A stretch of 32,000 nucleotides of DNA from Acaryochloris marina S15 (lineage in GTDB: Bacteria > Cyanobacteriota > Cyanobacteriia > Thermosynechococcales > Thermosynechococcaceae): assembly GCF_018336915.1 (NCBI RefSeq), contig NZ_CP064923.1, forward strand, positions 4,680,001-4,712,000. Reading direction: 5' to 3'. Shown here piece by piece: positions 1 through 8,015 of the stretch. The translations under genes and the position numbers were made by a program. The notes under the pieces are model-generated. The model was not told the DNA's origin. It saw nothing but the letters and a program-made list of their open reading frames with translations, and searched no databases. The first letter of the stretch is position 1. Each line of letters starts with the position of its first letter.

Positions 1-309
1 CAAGATCCAGCCTTGCAAGCTGACGAAGGGATTGTAGCCGACTCGCTCGCCTAAATGGGGATAGGGTATCCACTGATCGAAGAGAATCCATTCAGCAAAA
101 ACGATGAGACCGACTGCGATCGCAGTTATCGTTACCTTGGCACTCGGTCGTATATCCTGCCAGGGGCGAGCCAAAAGTCCCAGCAGCATAGACACCACAA
201 TCACCTTTACCCCATAGAGCCAGGGATAGGCACCAGGCCATACCCCTTCCACAGTGGTAATCAACATAAAAGTAGCCATCGGGGCTACATAGGCAACCCA
301 AGGCGGCAT
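1..309 (-). CDS. 5' part of a polytopic membrane protein, CPBP/CAAX-protease-related type (gene continues past the window start)
   Basis: Missing from the ORF track because it runs off the edge. My minus-strand translation from ATG 309-307 reads MPPWVAYVAPMATFMLITTVEGVWPGAYPWLYGVKVIVVSMLLGLLARPWQDIRPSAKVTITAIAVGLIVFAEWILFDQW... and stays open to position 1. It contains consecutive hydrophobic helices and resembles the N-termini of CAAX prenyl protease-related proteins. The catalytic motifs would lie outside the window. It starts 24 nt after the btpA stop on the same strand. Confidence 0.45.
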   Translation of the reverse strand, partial: MPPWVAYVAPMATFMLITTVEGVWPGAYPWLYGVKVIVVSMLLGLLARPWQDIRPSAKVTITAIAVGLIVFAEWILFDQWIPYPHLGERVGYNPFVSLQGWIL

Positions 310-333
310 ATCAATACGTAGCTCGCGTAAAAT

Positions 334-1197
334 TTATGACTCGAGCATAACCGATGATTTCACATTCGCTGTGTCTTGATTAGTTAAGCTGCGGCGCATG
401 GCTTCCACAAATCGACTGACACGAATGGGATCAATAGGCTGATCGATCTGACCACGACGCTTAAGGGAGCTAGACACAATGGCTCCATGGGCAGATTGAA
501 TCAAGCTAGGAATGTTTTCCCAATTAGCACCACTGCCAATAAAGACAGGAACGTCTTTGGCGGCATCAATCGCCAATTCTAAATCACCCAAATTGGGCGG
601 ACTACCCGTTTCCCAACCAGAGATAATAATGCCATCCGCCAACCCCCGCTCGATGGTTTCATGCACCGTTGTGGTCAGATTGGGAGAGCCCAAAGGACGG
701 GCATGTTTGACGAGGACATCGGCAAAAATCTTGACGTCGCTCCCCAGTTCGCGGCGATACCGGAGTAGACGGTGGGCTTCCCCTTCAATCAACCCTTGAT
801 CCGTTTCCATCACCCCTGTCAGCACATTGACTCGGATGAATTGGGCATCCACACAGGATGCGATCGCCATGGCGCTACAGGCATCGTTGCGGAGCACATT
901 AATGCCAATGGGCAAAGGCACTAGATTCTTGACCCGCTGCACCACCAAGCTCATGGCGCTGACTACGGCCGGATCAACCGAACCTTTCGTGAACGGAGCA
1001 TCAAAGAAATTTTCAATAATCAGCCCATCAACCCCGCCTGCAGCAAGGGCAGTAGATTCTTGTTCGGCTCTGGCAATGACTGCCTTAAGGCTTCCGCCCC
1101 AACGAGGGGAGGTGGGTAATGGCAGTAAATGAACAACGCCAATAATGGGATTAGGGGATTTAAAAATGTGTTGTAACTCCACGGATAATTGAGTCAA
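334..1197 (-). CDS. btpA: BtpA/SgcQ family protein (photosystem I biogenesis protein BtpA)
   Basis: 287-aa ORF. Family-typical stretches include IGVVHLLPLP, GGVDGLIIENF, INVLRND and FIGSGA (TIM-barrel BtpA family). Confidence 0.85.
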   Translation of the reverse strand: MTQLSVELQHIFKSPNPIIGVVHLLPLPTSPRWGGSLKAVIARAEQESTALAAGGVDGLIIENFFDAPFTKGSVDPAVVSAMSLVVQRVKNLVPLPIGINVLRNDACSAMAIASCVDAQFIRVNVLTGVMETDQGLIEGEAHRLLRYRRELGSDVKIFADVLVKHARPLGSPNLTTTVHETIERGLADGIIISGWETGSPPNLGDLELAIDAAKDVPVFIGSGANWENIPSLIQSAHGAIVSSSLKRRGQIDQPIDPIRVSRFVEAMRRSLTNQDTANVKSSVMLES

Positions 1198-1398
1198 ACT
1201 CAGTAGGGAGACTATAAAAAAATATAATAAAAAAGTCTAGAAAATTCTAGCTCAGTCGCCAGAACATTATCGGCAAGGCCAAAAGCTTCTGGAGTGTCTA
1301 GCATAACAGCTTCCAGGACTCCTGTATATTGCGGAGCTGCCCTTAGATATGCAAAATTCCGGGGGAGCTTTTCTGCAAACACAACCCGCTATTAACCC

Positions 1399-3066
1399 TT
1401 ACTGTAATGCTTTGAGATAAGAGGTCATTAGTTGGTAATTGGTCTGATCTTTTTGAGATTGGTAGAAGGCTACCGCTTTTTGGATATCGGCAAATGCTCG
1501 CTGGGGTTGTGCAAACACTTCAGCTAGGAGCGAGCCACGCAGACGATAGGCATTGCCGTCATTGGGATTTCTACGGATCGCTGCATCTGCTTGGGCGAGA
1601 ACGGCGCGACTATTAGGAAAGGCGGCTTGCACATTTTCTTGTACAGCATAGCGTTGAGCCAAGTTGGGATTCGTACTTCTTAACATGCTTTTAGCCAGGA
1701 TAAATTGGGCGAGTTGTTGCTGCTTAAGAGCGATGGCTGAGGCATTCTGAAAGTCTAAGGCAGCACCCTTGGCATCTTGGAGCTGAAGTCGAATGGCCGC
1801 ACTAGATAAGAAATGAGCAAAGGTGTCGGTGCCGGACTGTAATTTTTTAAGTACTGTCAAGCCTTGTTCAATTTTTTTAGCCCCTAGGATGTTGCCTTGG
1901 GATCGCATCAATTTCGCTGTCTGCTGCAGATCTGCCACTGCCCCTGGATAGTCTGCCTGCAAAAACTTGATCGTGCTGCGCAGTCCATAGCCAGATGGAT
2001 GCTGAGGATTTAATCTCAAACCTTGACTAGCATCCGCCAAAGCCCCATCCAATTCACCAATCCTACTGCGCACCAAACCACGGACCACATAGGCTTGCGC
2101 ATTGTCCGGGTCGAGACGAATAGCTTGTTCGCTGTCCGCTAGGGAACTGGATGCTTGGGCCAGCCTGGCATGGGCAAATCCCCGTGCAGAATAGGCTGCG
2201 GAATAATCAGGCTTGAGCTGGATAGCTTGATCGAGATCTGCGATCGCACCTTTGTAGTCTTCTTGCTGAATTTTGGCTTGGGCTTGTAGATACCAGTCAT
2301 CGGCAGTGGTTTGGGAAGGGGGCACTTGAGGTGATGGGGCTTCTACGCCAATATTGATGCCTGCTTGGGGAGCCAAAGTTGTAAACGTATTGATGGGAAT
2401 GCCTAAATTAAATCCGCTCTTAATGTAGATATCAGGATTGAGATTTTGATCCTGAGCTTTGGAAGTGGTATCAGCCCGCCCGTGAATTCCAATTAACTTA
2501 CCGTCGGCATCTAAGACAGGACCGCCACTCATACCGGGTAAGGTGTTGTTGGAATAGACCAAAGCATAGCCATCTGTTAAGGGGCGGCTGGCATTGGCGG
2601 TAATTTTACCTTCCGTAAAGTTATAGATGGTTTCAGAAATAGCTAGGGTACGCAGTGGGAAACCCGCAACATAGCTGCGAGTTCCTTCGGTGACAGAGCC
2701 AGAGCTGCCGATCTCCAGGGCCTGATAGGTGTTGGGACTCTGGAATTGCAGAATCGCCAGGTCAACCCCCGACAACCTTTTGATAGTCTTGGCATTGACT
2801 GCGACCGTCTGACCATCCGGTGTAATCACATCGTAACTATCTTCGGTGGCCACTACATGGGCGGCAGTAAGGACGGTATAGGTGTTGTTATCCCGCTGAA
2901 TAATGACCCCTGACCCCGAGGTCTGACTGACAATCCGAATCGTTGTGCTTTTGGCGAGCTGGTTAATTTCTGGAGCTGTCAGTGCCACTGCGGCAGGAGA
3001 CACAAGACAAATCAGAGGTAGGCTGGAGCCCAATAGGCTGACGTATCTCAGGGTAGACCAATACAT
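1399..3066 (-). CDS. Secreted trypsin-like (S1/S1C) serine protease fused to C-terminal TPR repeats
   Basis: N-terminal hydrophobic signal. Catalytic triad contexts are TAAHVV (His), DLAILQF (Asp) and GMSGGPV (Ser). The C-terminal half has repeated A-x-x-D-x-x-x-A-I-x-L-x-P TPR-like units. Confidence 0.85.
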   Translation of the reverse strand: MYWSTLRYVSLLGSSLPLICLVSPAAVALTAPEINQLAKSTTIRIVSQTSGSGVIIQRDNNTYTVLTAAHVVATEDSYDVITPDGQTVAVNAKTIKRLSGVDLAILQFQSPNTYQALEIGSSGSVTEGTRSYVAGFPLRTLAISETIYNFTEGKITANASRPLTDGYALVYSNNTLPGMSGGPVLDADGKLIGIHGRADTTSKAQDQNLNPDIYIKSGFNLGIPINTFTTLAPQAGINIGVEAPSPQVPPSQTTADDWYLQAQAKIQQEDYKGAIADLDQAIQLKPDYSAAYSARGFAHARLAQASSSLADSEQAIRLDPDNAQAYVVRGLVRSRIGELDGALADASQGLRLNPQHPSGYGLRSTIKFLQADYPGAVADLQQTAKLMRSQGNILGAKKIEQGLTVLKKLQSGTDTFAHFLSSAAIRLQLQDAKGAALDFQNASAIALKQQQLAQFILAKSMLRSTNPNLAQRYAVQENVQAAFPNSRAVLAQADAAIRRNPNDGNAYRLRGSLLAEVFAQPQRAFADIQKAVAFYQSQKDQTNYQLMTSYLKALQ

Positions 3067-3171
3067 AGGGTTGAGATTAAAGGACTTACTATTTATTTTT
3101 GAGATAATTTTTAGCTGGTGTCAATTAAGCTGACATTGTCATTCAGATTATGTTGAGTAGTCAGGATCGAT

Positions 3172-3678
3172 ATGGTTCTAACAGACCCACAAGCTAGTAA
3201 CTTAGTTGCGATCGCACTCGGTAGCAATCTGGGTGATTCTCGGACGATACTCATGGCTGCGATTGATCAACTCAGCCAAGATCCAAAGATTAAATTACAG
3301 GCCACATCCCATTGGTATCAAACCGCAGCCGTTGGTCCGCCCCAACCGGATTATCTAAATGGGTGTGTCAGTATATTGACGACCTACTCACCCGAAGTTT
3401 TGCTAGAAAAGCTTTTGGCGATTGAATCCCAGTTCGGTCGGGTGCGGCGTGAGCGTTGGGGGCCGCGCACTTTAGATTTGGATGTACTGCTATTTGGGCA
3501 ATCGGTGATTCAGACGCAGACGTTAACGGTGCCCCATCCCTATCTACATGAGCGGGCCTTTGTGTTAGCTCCCTTGGCAGAAATTTGTCCTGGCTGGAAC
3601 CATCCAGTGCTCAAGCAAACCATTGCCGAGCTTGCTAAAGCTGTAGACTATACGGGAGTTCATCGCCTAGCTAATTAG
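3172..3678 (+). CDS. folK: 2-amino-4-hydroxy-6-hydroxymethyldihydropteridine diphosphokinase (HPPK)
   Basis: 168 aa. Typical HPPK motifs are present: AIALGSNLGD, RERWGPRTLDLDVLLF and PHPYLHERAFVLAPLAEI. Confidence 0.9.
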   Translation: MVLTDPQASNLVAIALGSNLGDSRTILMAAIDQLSQDPKIKLQATSHWYQTAAVGPPQPDYLNGCVSILTTYSPEVLLEKLLAIESQFGRVRRERWGPRTLDLDVLLFGQSVIQTQTLTVPHPYLHERAFVLAPLAEICPGWNHPVLKQTIAELAKAVDYTGVHRLAN

Positions 3679-3843
3679 CACCACAGTTGCTAATTAACCT
3701 CTGATTCAAACGGTTCCTAACCTCTCATCAGATAAAGCAGACAATTGCCTGTTGCTTCCTTCTTAGATAGTCCCAAAACCTGGCGTTTTGACCCTTGCAA
3801 GTCTCAAGTTCGAATTCTGACCTCCGACCTAAATATTCAACCC

Positions 3844-4392
3844 ATGTCTTTATTCCAAGAACCCCCTGAAGTCCTGAAGCCGTTGATGTTTTATGACGGT
3901 CGAAAGTATACGTTTGAGGCAAATCGTCTGCGGTTACCGAATGGCAGCGAAGGAGATTGGTCTTGTGTACGGCATCCCGGTGGAGCGATGGCGGTGCCGA
4001 TTACGAATGACGGCAAGTTTGTGCTGGTGAAGCAGTATCGCTTTGCCCTGAAGGGACGGCTATTGGAATTCCCGGCAGGGACAGTGGAAATCCATGAGGA
4101 GCCGGGGGTGACGATTCGGCGGGAGATTGAGGAGGAGACGGGGTATCGAGCCCATAAGTGGCGTAAGTTGGGGGAGTTTCCTTTGGCTCCGGGGTATTCA
4201 GATGAGATTATCTATGCGTTTTTGGCTCAGGAGTTGGAGTTGTTGGAGAATCCGCCGGAGCAGGATGAGGATGAGGATATTGAAACGGTTTTGATGACTC
4301 CTGCGGAGTTTGAACAGGCGATTTTGGCGGGTGAGCCGATTGATGCAAAGTCGATTTGCGGGTTTTATATGGCACGGGCGATGTTGGCCTAA
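3844..4392 (+). CDS. NUDIX hydrolase, NudF-like ADP-ribose pyrophosphatase type
   Basis: Nudix box GTVEIHEEPGVTIRREIEEETGY (GX5EX7REUXEEXGU), with a downstream APGYSDE segment like ADPRases. The ORF track starts at 3745. I prefer ATG 3844 (MSLFQEPPE...) because the upstream 33 codons look non-coding. The start is uncertain. Confidence 0.8.
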   Translation: MSLFQEPPEVLKPLMFYDGRKYTFEANRLRLPNGSEGDWSCVRHPGGAMAVPITNDGKFVLVKQYRFALKGRLLEFPAGTVEIHEEPGVTIRREIEEETGYRAHKWRKLGEFPLAPGYSDEIIYAFLAQELELLENPPEQDEDEDIETVLMTPAEFEQAILAGEPIDAKSICGFYMARAMLA

Positions 4393-4550
4393 TTGATTCG
4401 TTTCTATTGAGTCAGAGACTTACTGTTTATGAAAACAATCCGATAAAGCGGGATGAAGTACTGAGATTCACCTTAGATTCAGCTATTAGGTGATCTTTCT
4501 GTTGATTTTCTGAATGAGGATGGCGTGAAGTTCTTATAGCGGGGAAAAGT

Positions 4551-7430
4551 ATGTTTTGGACAGAAGCAGAACGACGGATTCAAGAGGCAATCAAGCAACA
4601 ATCTGTGTCACTTGATTTATCGGGATTGGAGCTAACAGAAATTTCCAATGCGATCGGACAACTGGTTAACCTACAATCGCTTGACCTACAACAAAATCAA
4701 CTGAACACGATTCCCGATGTGATCGGACAACTGGTTAACCTACAATCGCTTGACCTACAACAGAATCAACTGAACACGATTCCCGATGTGATCGGACAAC
4801 TGGTTAACCTACAATCGCTTGACCTACACAAGAATCAACTGAACACGATTCCCAATGTGATCGGACAACTGGTTAACCTGCAATCGCTTGACCTACAACA
4901 AAATCAACTGAACACAATTCCCAATGTGATCGGACAACTGGTTAACCTGCAATCGCTTGACCTACACAAGAATCAACTGAACACAATTCCCAATGCGATC
5001 GGACAACTGGTTAACCTACAATCGCTTGACCTACAACTAAATCAACTGAACACGATTCCCGATGCGATTGGACAACTGGCAAACCTGCAAACGCTTAACC
5101 TATATGGGAATCAACTGACCACGACTCCTGATGCGGTCGGACAACTGAAAAACCTACAAAAGCTTGACCTAGGCAGTAATCAACTAAACACGATTCCCGA
5201 TGCGATTGGACAACTGGTAAACCTGCAATCACTTGACCTAGATGAGAATCAACTGGCAACGATTCCCGATGCGATTGGACAACTGGCAAACCTGCAAACG
5301 CTCAACCTAGATAGGAATCAACTGGCAACAATTCCCGATGCGATTGGACAACTGGCAAACCTGCAAGAGCTTTACCTACACGGAAATAGTTCACTAAAAA
5401 TTCCGGTAGAGTTGCTGGGCCCTAAATACGGAGAGGTTCACTTTGGAAATGCAAAACCAGCTAAACCACAAAATATCATTGAGTACCTCTTCCGTATTCA
5501 GAAAAAAGCCCAACCCTTGAATGAAGCTAAATTGATTCTGGTGGGCTATGGTGCGGTTGGTAAAACCTCTTTAGTCAACCGATTGGTTCATCAAACCTTT
5601 GATGCAGGTGAGACTAAAACTGAAGGCATTCAAATCACCGATTGGCCGCTTTTCTTGAATGGTAATGAAGATGTCAATTTAAATGTTTGGGATTTTGGAG
5701 GGCAAGAAATCATGCACTCCACCCATCAGTTTTTTCTAACCGAACGGAGTCTGTATCTTTTAGTCCTCAATGGTCGCCAAGGTCATGAAGATGCAGATGC
5801 TGAATATTGGCTAGAACTCATTCAAAGTTTTGGTGGTAACTCTCCCGTCATTGTCGTCCTCAACAAAGTTAAAGAACATCCCTTTGATGTCAACCGCAGT
5901 GGCCTCAAACAAAAATTTCCTAATATCAAAGACTTCATACGTACAGACTGTAAAACGGAGCATGGTCTAGATGAACTCAGCCAAGTTATTGAACGTGAAA
6001 CAGATCGCCTCGAAAATTTGCGCGATTCTTTCCCGTCAAGCTGGTTTGCCATAAAACAGCAGCTAGCAGGTATGAAGGAAAATTACATTCCCTTTGAGAA
6101 ATATCGGAATATTTGTGGTCAAAATGATGAACCCGATCAAGATTCTCAAGATAAACTCGCCTTTTATCTTCACAACTTAGGGATTGCCCTCAACTACAAA
6201 GATGATCCTCGCCTGCGAGATACCAATATTCTCAATCCCCTTTGGGTAACCAATGGCATCTACAAAATTCTCAACGCCCATAATTTAGCAGACCACAAAG
6301 GAGAACTAGATCTTAGCTGCCTTACCCAACTGTTGGATTCGCAAAAATATCCCCGTGAGCGCCACGGCTTCTTGATGGAGCTAATGCGCAAATTCGAGCT
6401 ATGTTTTCCCTTCCAAGACCGTCAAGATCGCTACCTCATCCCAGACTTACTCGACAAACAACAACCACCAGAAGCCGAGGGCTTTATCCTCGAAGACTGC
6501 CTTAATTTTCGCTACGAATATCCCATCTTGCCCGAAGGTTTATTGCCTCGCTTTATTGTCCGCACTAACGTTTTGAGTAGTAACCCAATGCGCTGGCACA
6601 CAGGTGTCATCCTTGATTTTGAAGGCAATCGTGCCCTTGTCAAAGCCGACCAACAAGACCGAAGTGTCACCATCAGCATCAATGGTCCTCAACAGGGGCG
6701 TCGTCGATTGCTCGCCATTATTCGCTCCGATTTTGAGCGCATTCACAGCAGCTTCAAATCAAAACCAGAAGAGAAAGTTCCCATTCCTAACCATCCACAC
6801 CTAAGCCTCACTTACGATGATCTATTGGTAATGGAAAAACAGGGTCTCACTGAAGTCCCTATGGTGATCAATGGAAAAGTCATCCAAATCAATATCAACG
6901 AACTCCTCGACGGCGTTGACCTAGGCCAACCACACCAGGCTGCCAAAGACTCCGAGCATTCTTCTGGAGCATTGAAACTTTTCTATAGCTACTCCCACAC
7001 AGACGAGACGCTTCGCGATCAGCTCAGTCTTCGGCTCAAGATATTCCAACGCAACGGCTTAATTCAAAGTTGGTACGATAGGCAAATCCCTGCAGGTGCC
7101 AAATGGGAAGAAGAATTAGACAGAAATCTAGAACAAGCCGATATTATTCTGCTGTTGCTTAGTCCAGATTTTATAGCATCAGATTACTGCTACGAAGTCG
7201 AATTAGAACGTGCTTTAGAACGTGCCCAATCGAATAAATCAATCGTAATTTCCATTCTCCTCAGACCAGTCAACCAAAAATCACCCCTATTGAAGCATAT
7301 TTTTGCCCTTCAAGCTTTGCCTAGAGATCTCAAACCAGTGACTCAATGGAAAGACTCAGATAATGCTTGGCTCAATATTGAGCAAGAACTAGAACAACTC
7401 ATTCTTGATCGTACAGGCTTTCGACCTTAG
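4551..7430 (+). CDS. ROCO-family multidomain protein: LRR (about 12 x 23 aa), Roc GTPase, COR, C-terminal TIR domain
   Basis: 959 aa. LRR units IPDxIGQLxNLQxLDLxxNQLxT span aa 31-283. Roc motifs are G1 GYGAVGKT (5544-5567) and G3 DFGGQ (5691-5705). A long COR-like helical/winged region follows. The C-terminal approx 150 aa (from 6972) reads LFYSYSHTDETLRDQL...ADIILLLLSPDFIASDYCYEVELERAL, a bacterial TIR_2 pattern with a candidate catalytic Glu at 7194-7196. Confidence 0.9.
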   Translation: MFWTEAERRIQEAIKQQSVSLDLSGLELTEISNAIGQLVNLQSLDLQQNQLNTIPDVIGQLVNLQSLDLQQNQLNTIPDVIGQLVNLQSLDLHKNQLNTIPNVIGQLVNLQSLDLQQNQLNTIPNVIGQLVNLQSLDLHKNQLNTIPNAIGQLVNLQSLDLQLNQLNTIPDAIGQLANLQTLNLYGNQLTTTPDAVGQLKNLQKLDLGSNQLNTIPDAIGQLVNLQSLDLDENQLATIPDAIGQLANLQTLNLDRNQLATIPDAIGQLANLQELYLHGNSSLKIPVELLGPKYGEVHFGNAKPAKPQNIIEYLFRIQKKAQPLNEAKLILVGYGAVGKTSLVNRLVHQTFDAGETKTEGIQITDWPLFLNGNEDVNLNVWDFGGQEIMHSTHQFFLTERSLYLLVLNGRQGHEDADAEYWLELIQSFGGNSPVIVVLNKVKEHPFDVNRSGLKQKFPNIKDFIRTDCKTEHGLDELSQVIERETDRLENLRDSFPSSWFAIKQQLAGMKENYIPFEKYRNICGQNDEPDQDSQDKLAFYLHNLGIALNYKDDPRLRDTNILNPLWVTNGIYKILNAHNLADHKGELDLSCLTQLLDSQKYPRERHGFLMELMRKFELCFPFQDRQDRYLIPDLLDKQQPPEAEGFILEDCLNFRYEYPILPEGLLPRFIVRTNVLSSNPMRWHTGVILDFEGNRALVKADQQDRSVTISINGPQQGRRRLLAIIRSDFERIHSSFKSKPEEKVPIPNHPHLSLTYDDLLVMEKQGLTEVPMVINGKVIQININELLDGVDLGQPHQAAKDSEHSSGALKLFYSYSHTDETLRDQLSLRLKIFQRNGLIQSWYDRQIPAGAKWEEELDRNLEQADIILLLLSPDFIASDYCYEVELERALERAQSNKSIVISILLRPVNQKSPLLKHIFALQALPRDLKPVTQWKDSDNAWLNIEQELEQLILDRTGFRP
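4641..5399 (+). repeat. Tandem 69-bp repeat array (11 units) encoding the LRR domain; units 1-6 (4641-5054) are near-identical at DNA level
   Basis: The units start at 4641, 4710, 4779, 4848, 4917, 4986 and so on. The first six differ only at a handful of sites, in codons 2-4, 11, 17-18 and 23 of each unit. The array is in frame within the ROCO ORF. Confidence 0.9.
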
Positions 7431-8015
7431 CTCCATCCACCCGTTTTCGAACCCCTATATGGGCCACCATCGCACAAAAGATCAAGTGCAATCTTTAGCA
7501 TCTGCTCTACCTAAACTTATGACCATAAGCCTCTGGTGTATCCTGACCGCTTTGCTGGCCCCTTAAGATTCTGTCAGTGCTAGACCAAAGCTGACTATGT
7601 CCAAAATCCACGAGCCTTTAACGAAACCCTCACCGGATGGCACCGCCGCGCCCATCTCGCCCAACTCAATGCTTTTGAGACCTTCCCTAGATTTTCTACA
7701 GCCGTACTCGTGGCCCATTTGACCCAAGTCCCTCAGATTCAAGTCAATACAGTCTATTTCGCATCCTCCACGCCAGCTTCTACATCACCGATGAATCTAA
7801 TCTCCGCAGCCTTAGACAATTGGGCATGCTCTGTATCGTCAGCCTATTTATCCTAGCCGCTATCCCCCAGCCAACCTAATACTCCGCAAGACTGACATCG
7901 TTATTCCCAAACGTAAAACCTTCCGGCTAAAGCCTTGTTGGTAAGATGCTCGTATTTCCCTCTAAACCTGTAGATACAGCAGTATCAAAACCACCAAATT
8001 TAGTCATACTCATTT

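Noticed and set aside
55-321. Track ORFs 55-321 (+) and 92-301 (-)
   Set aside because: Their translations are low-complexity and non-protein-like. A third frame on the minus strand gives a convincing membrane-protein N-terminus that runs off the window edge (feature 1-309).
512-1132. Antisense ORFs inside btpA (512-799, 827-1132). The same applies to similar shadow ORFs inside other long genes: 2945-3133, 5095-5289, 5822-6052, 6540-6804, 8094-8887, 9470-10020, 10623-10905, 12093-12582, 14305-14759, 15140-15385, 16861-17851, 19888-20770, 22018-22308, 22725-22922, 23122-23349, 23824-24147, 24946-25173, 26889-27185, 27973-28197, 28222-29028, 31280-31880
   Set aside because: Each lies wholly within, or opposite to, a longer ORF with clear family motifs. 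Their sequences are Arg/Ser/Pro/Cys-rich and typical of off-frame translation.
3728-3922. 64-aa minus-strand ORF and the 5' extension (3745-3843) of the Nudix ORF
   Set aside because: There are no recognisable features. The Nudix protein has a natural ATG at 3844, and the extension looks like translated intergenic DNA.
4641-5399. Regular 69-bp tandem repeats that could superficially suggest a CRISPR array or satellite
   Set aside because: There are no unique spacers. The units are contiguous, in frame and translate to canonical 23-aa leucine-rich repeats inside a 959-aa ORF.
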